From positions 34,968,001-35,032,000 of the forward strand of contig NC_043004.1 in assembly GCF_006345805.1 (NCBI RefSeq): a stretch of DNA of 64,000 bases, in the 5' to 3' direction. The translations under genes were made by a program, and so were the position numbers. Every line of letters begins with the position of its first letter. The stretch's first letter is position 1. Origin of the DNA: Octopus sinensis (lineage: Eukaryota). The notes under the pieces are model-generated. The model was given only the letters and a program-made list of their open reading frames with translations. It was not told the DNA's origin and searched no databases. This document shows, one piece after another, positions 63,702 through 64,000 of the stretch.

Positions 63702-64000
63702 ATATTTTCATGTTTTTAGTTGGAGAGAAATTTAGTCAAGTAGTCCAAAGCTTGTGTAGTTACATCAGTATCTAGCTCCCCCGGTGATTGTCTAATTTGT
63801 CTACTGCTGGCCCAACAAATTTATAATTTACATTCATTCTGTATAATAATTCGTTATAATTAGCACTGTTGCTTCAGTAAAGACTAAATCTTTAGATTCT
63901 TCTGAGCTAATAACTTGTAATAATGCCTGTTTTTCACTGTTCAGTAACAATGAATGTGTGTGTGTGTGTGTGTGTGCGTTTGTCTCTATGTTTTTTGTGC

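Overview
AT-rich, microsatellite-dense eukaryotic DNA made almost entirely of transposable elements. The repeat inventory suggests an octopus/coleoid cephalopod genome (inference, not verified). No host protein-coding gene can be identified with confidence, so the window is probably a long intron or intergenic; a few weak exon candidates are noted. It contains a near full-length RTE-clade LINE (about 11.7-16.07 kb; APE endonuclease, RT and a PHD-like insert) broken by small indels, an uninterrupted 5'-truncated CR1-like RT ORF (59.6-60.8 kb), relics of R4/Dong-like, RTE and Penelope retroelements, mariner/maT/Tigger/hAT/piggyBac/Helitron-type DNA elements, and many copies of at least three tRNA-derived SINE families. 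The most interesting signals are at the RNA level: five hammerhead-ribozyme-like motifs (one at the 3' end of a tRNA-headed element), four tail-to-tail inverted SINE pairs, two long foldbacks (one with a pre-miRNA-sized stem whose loop holds a consensus 5' splice site), tandemly amplified RTE 3' ends, and a SINE that shares its 3' tail with the CR1-like LINE. All coordinates were read by eye; boundaries of decayed repeats are approximate.
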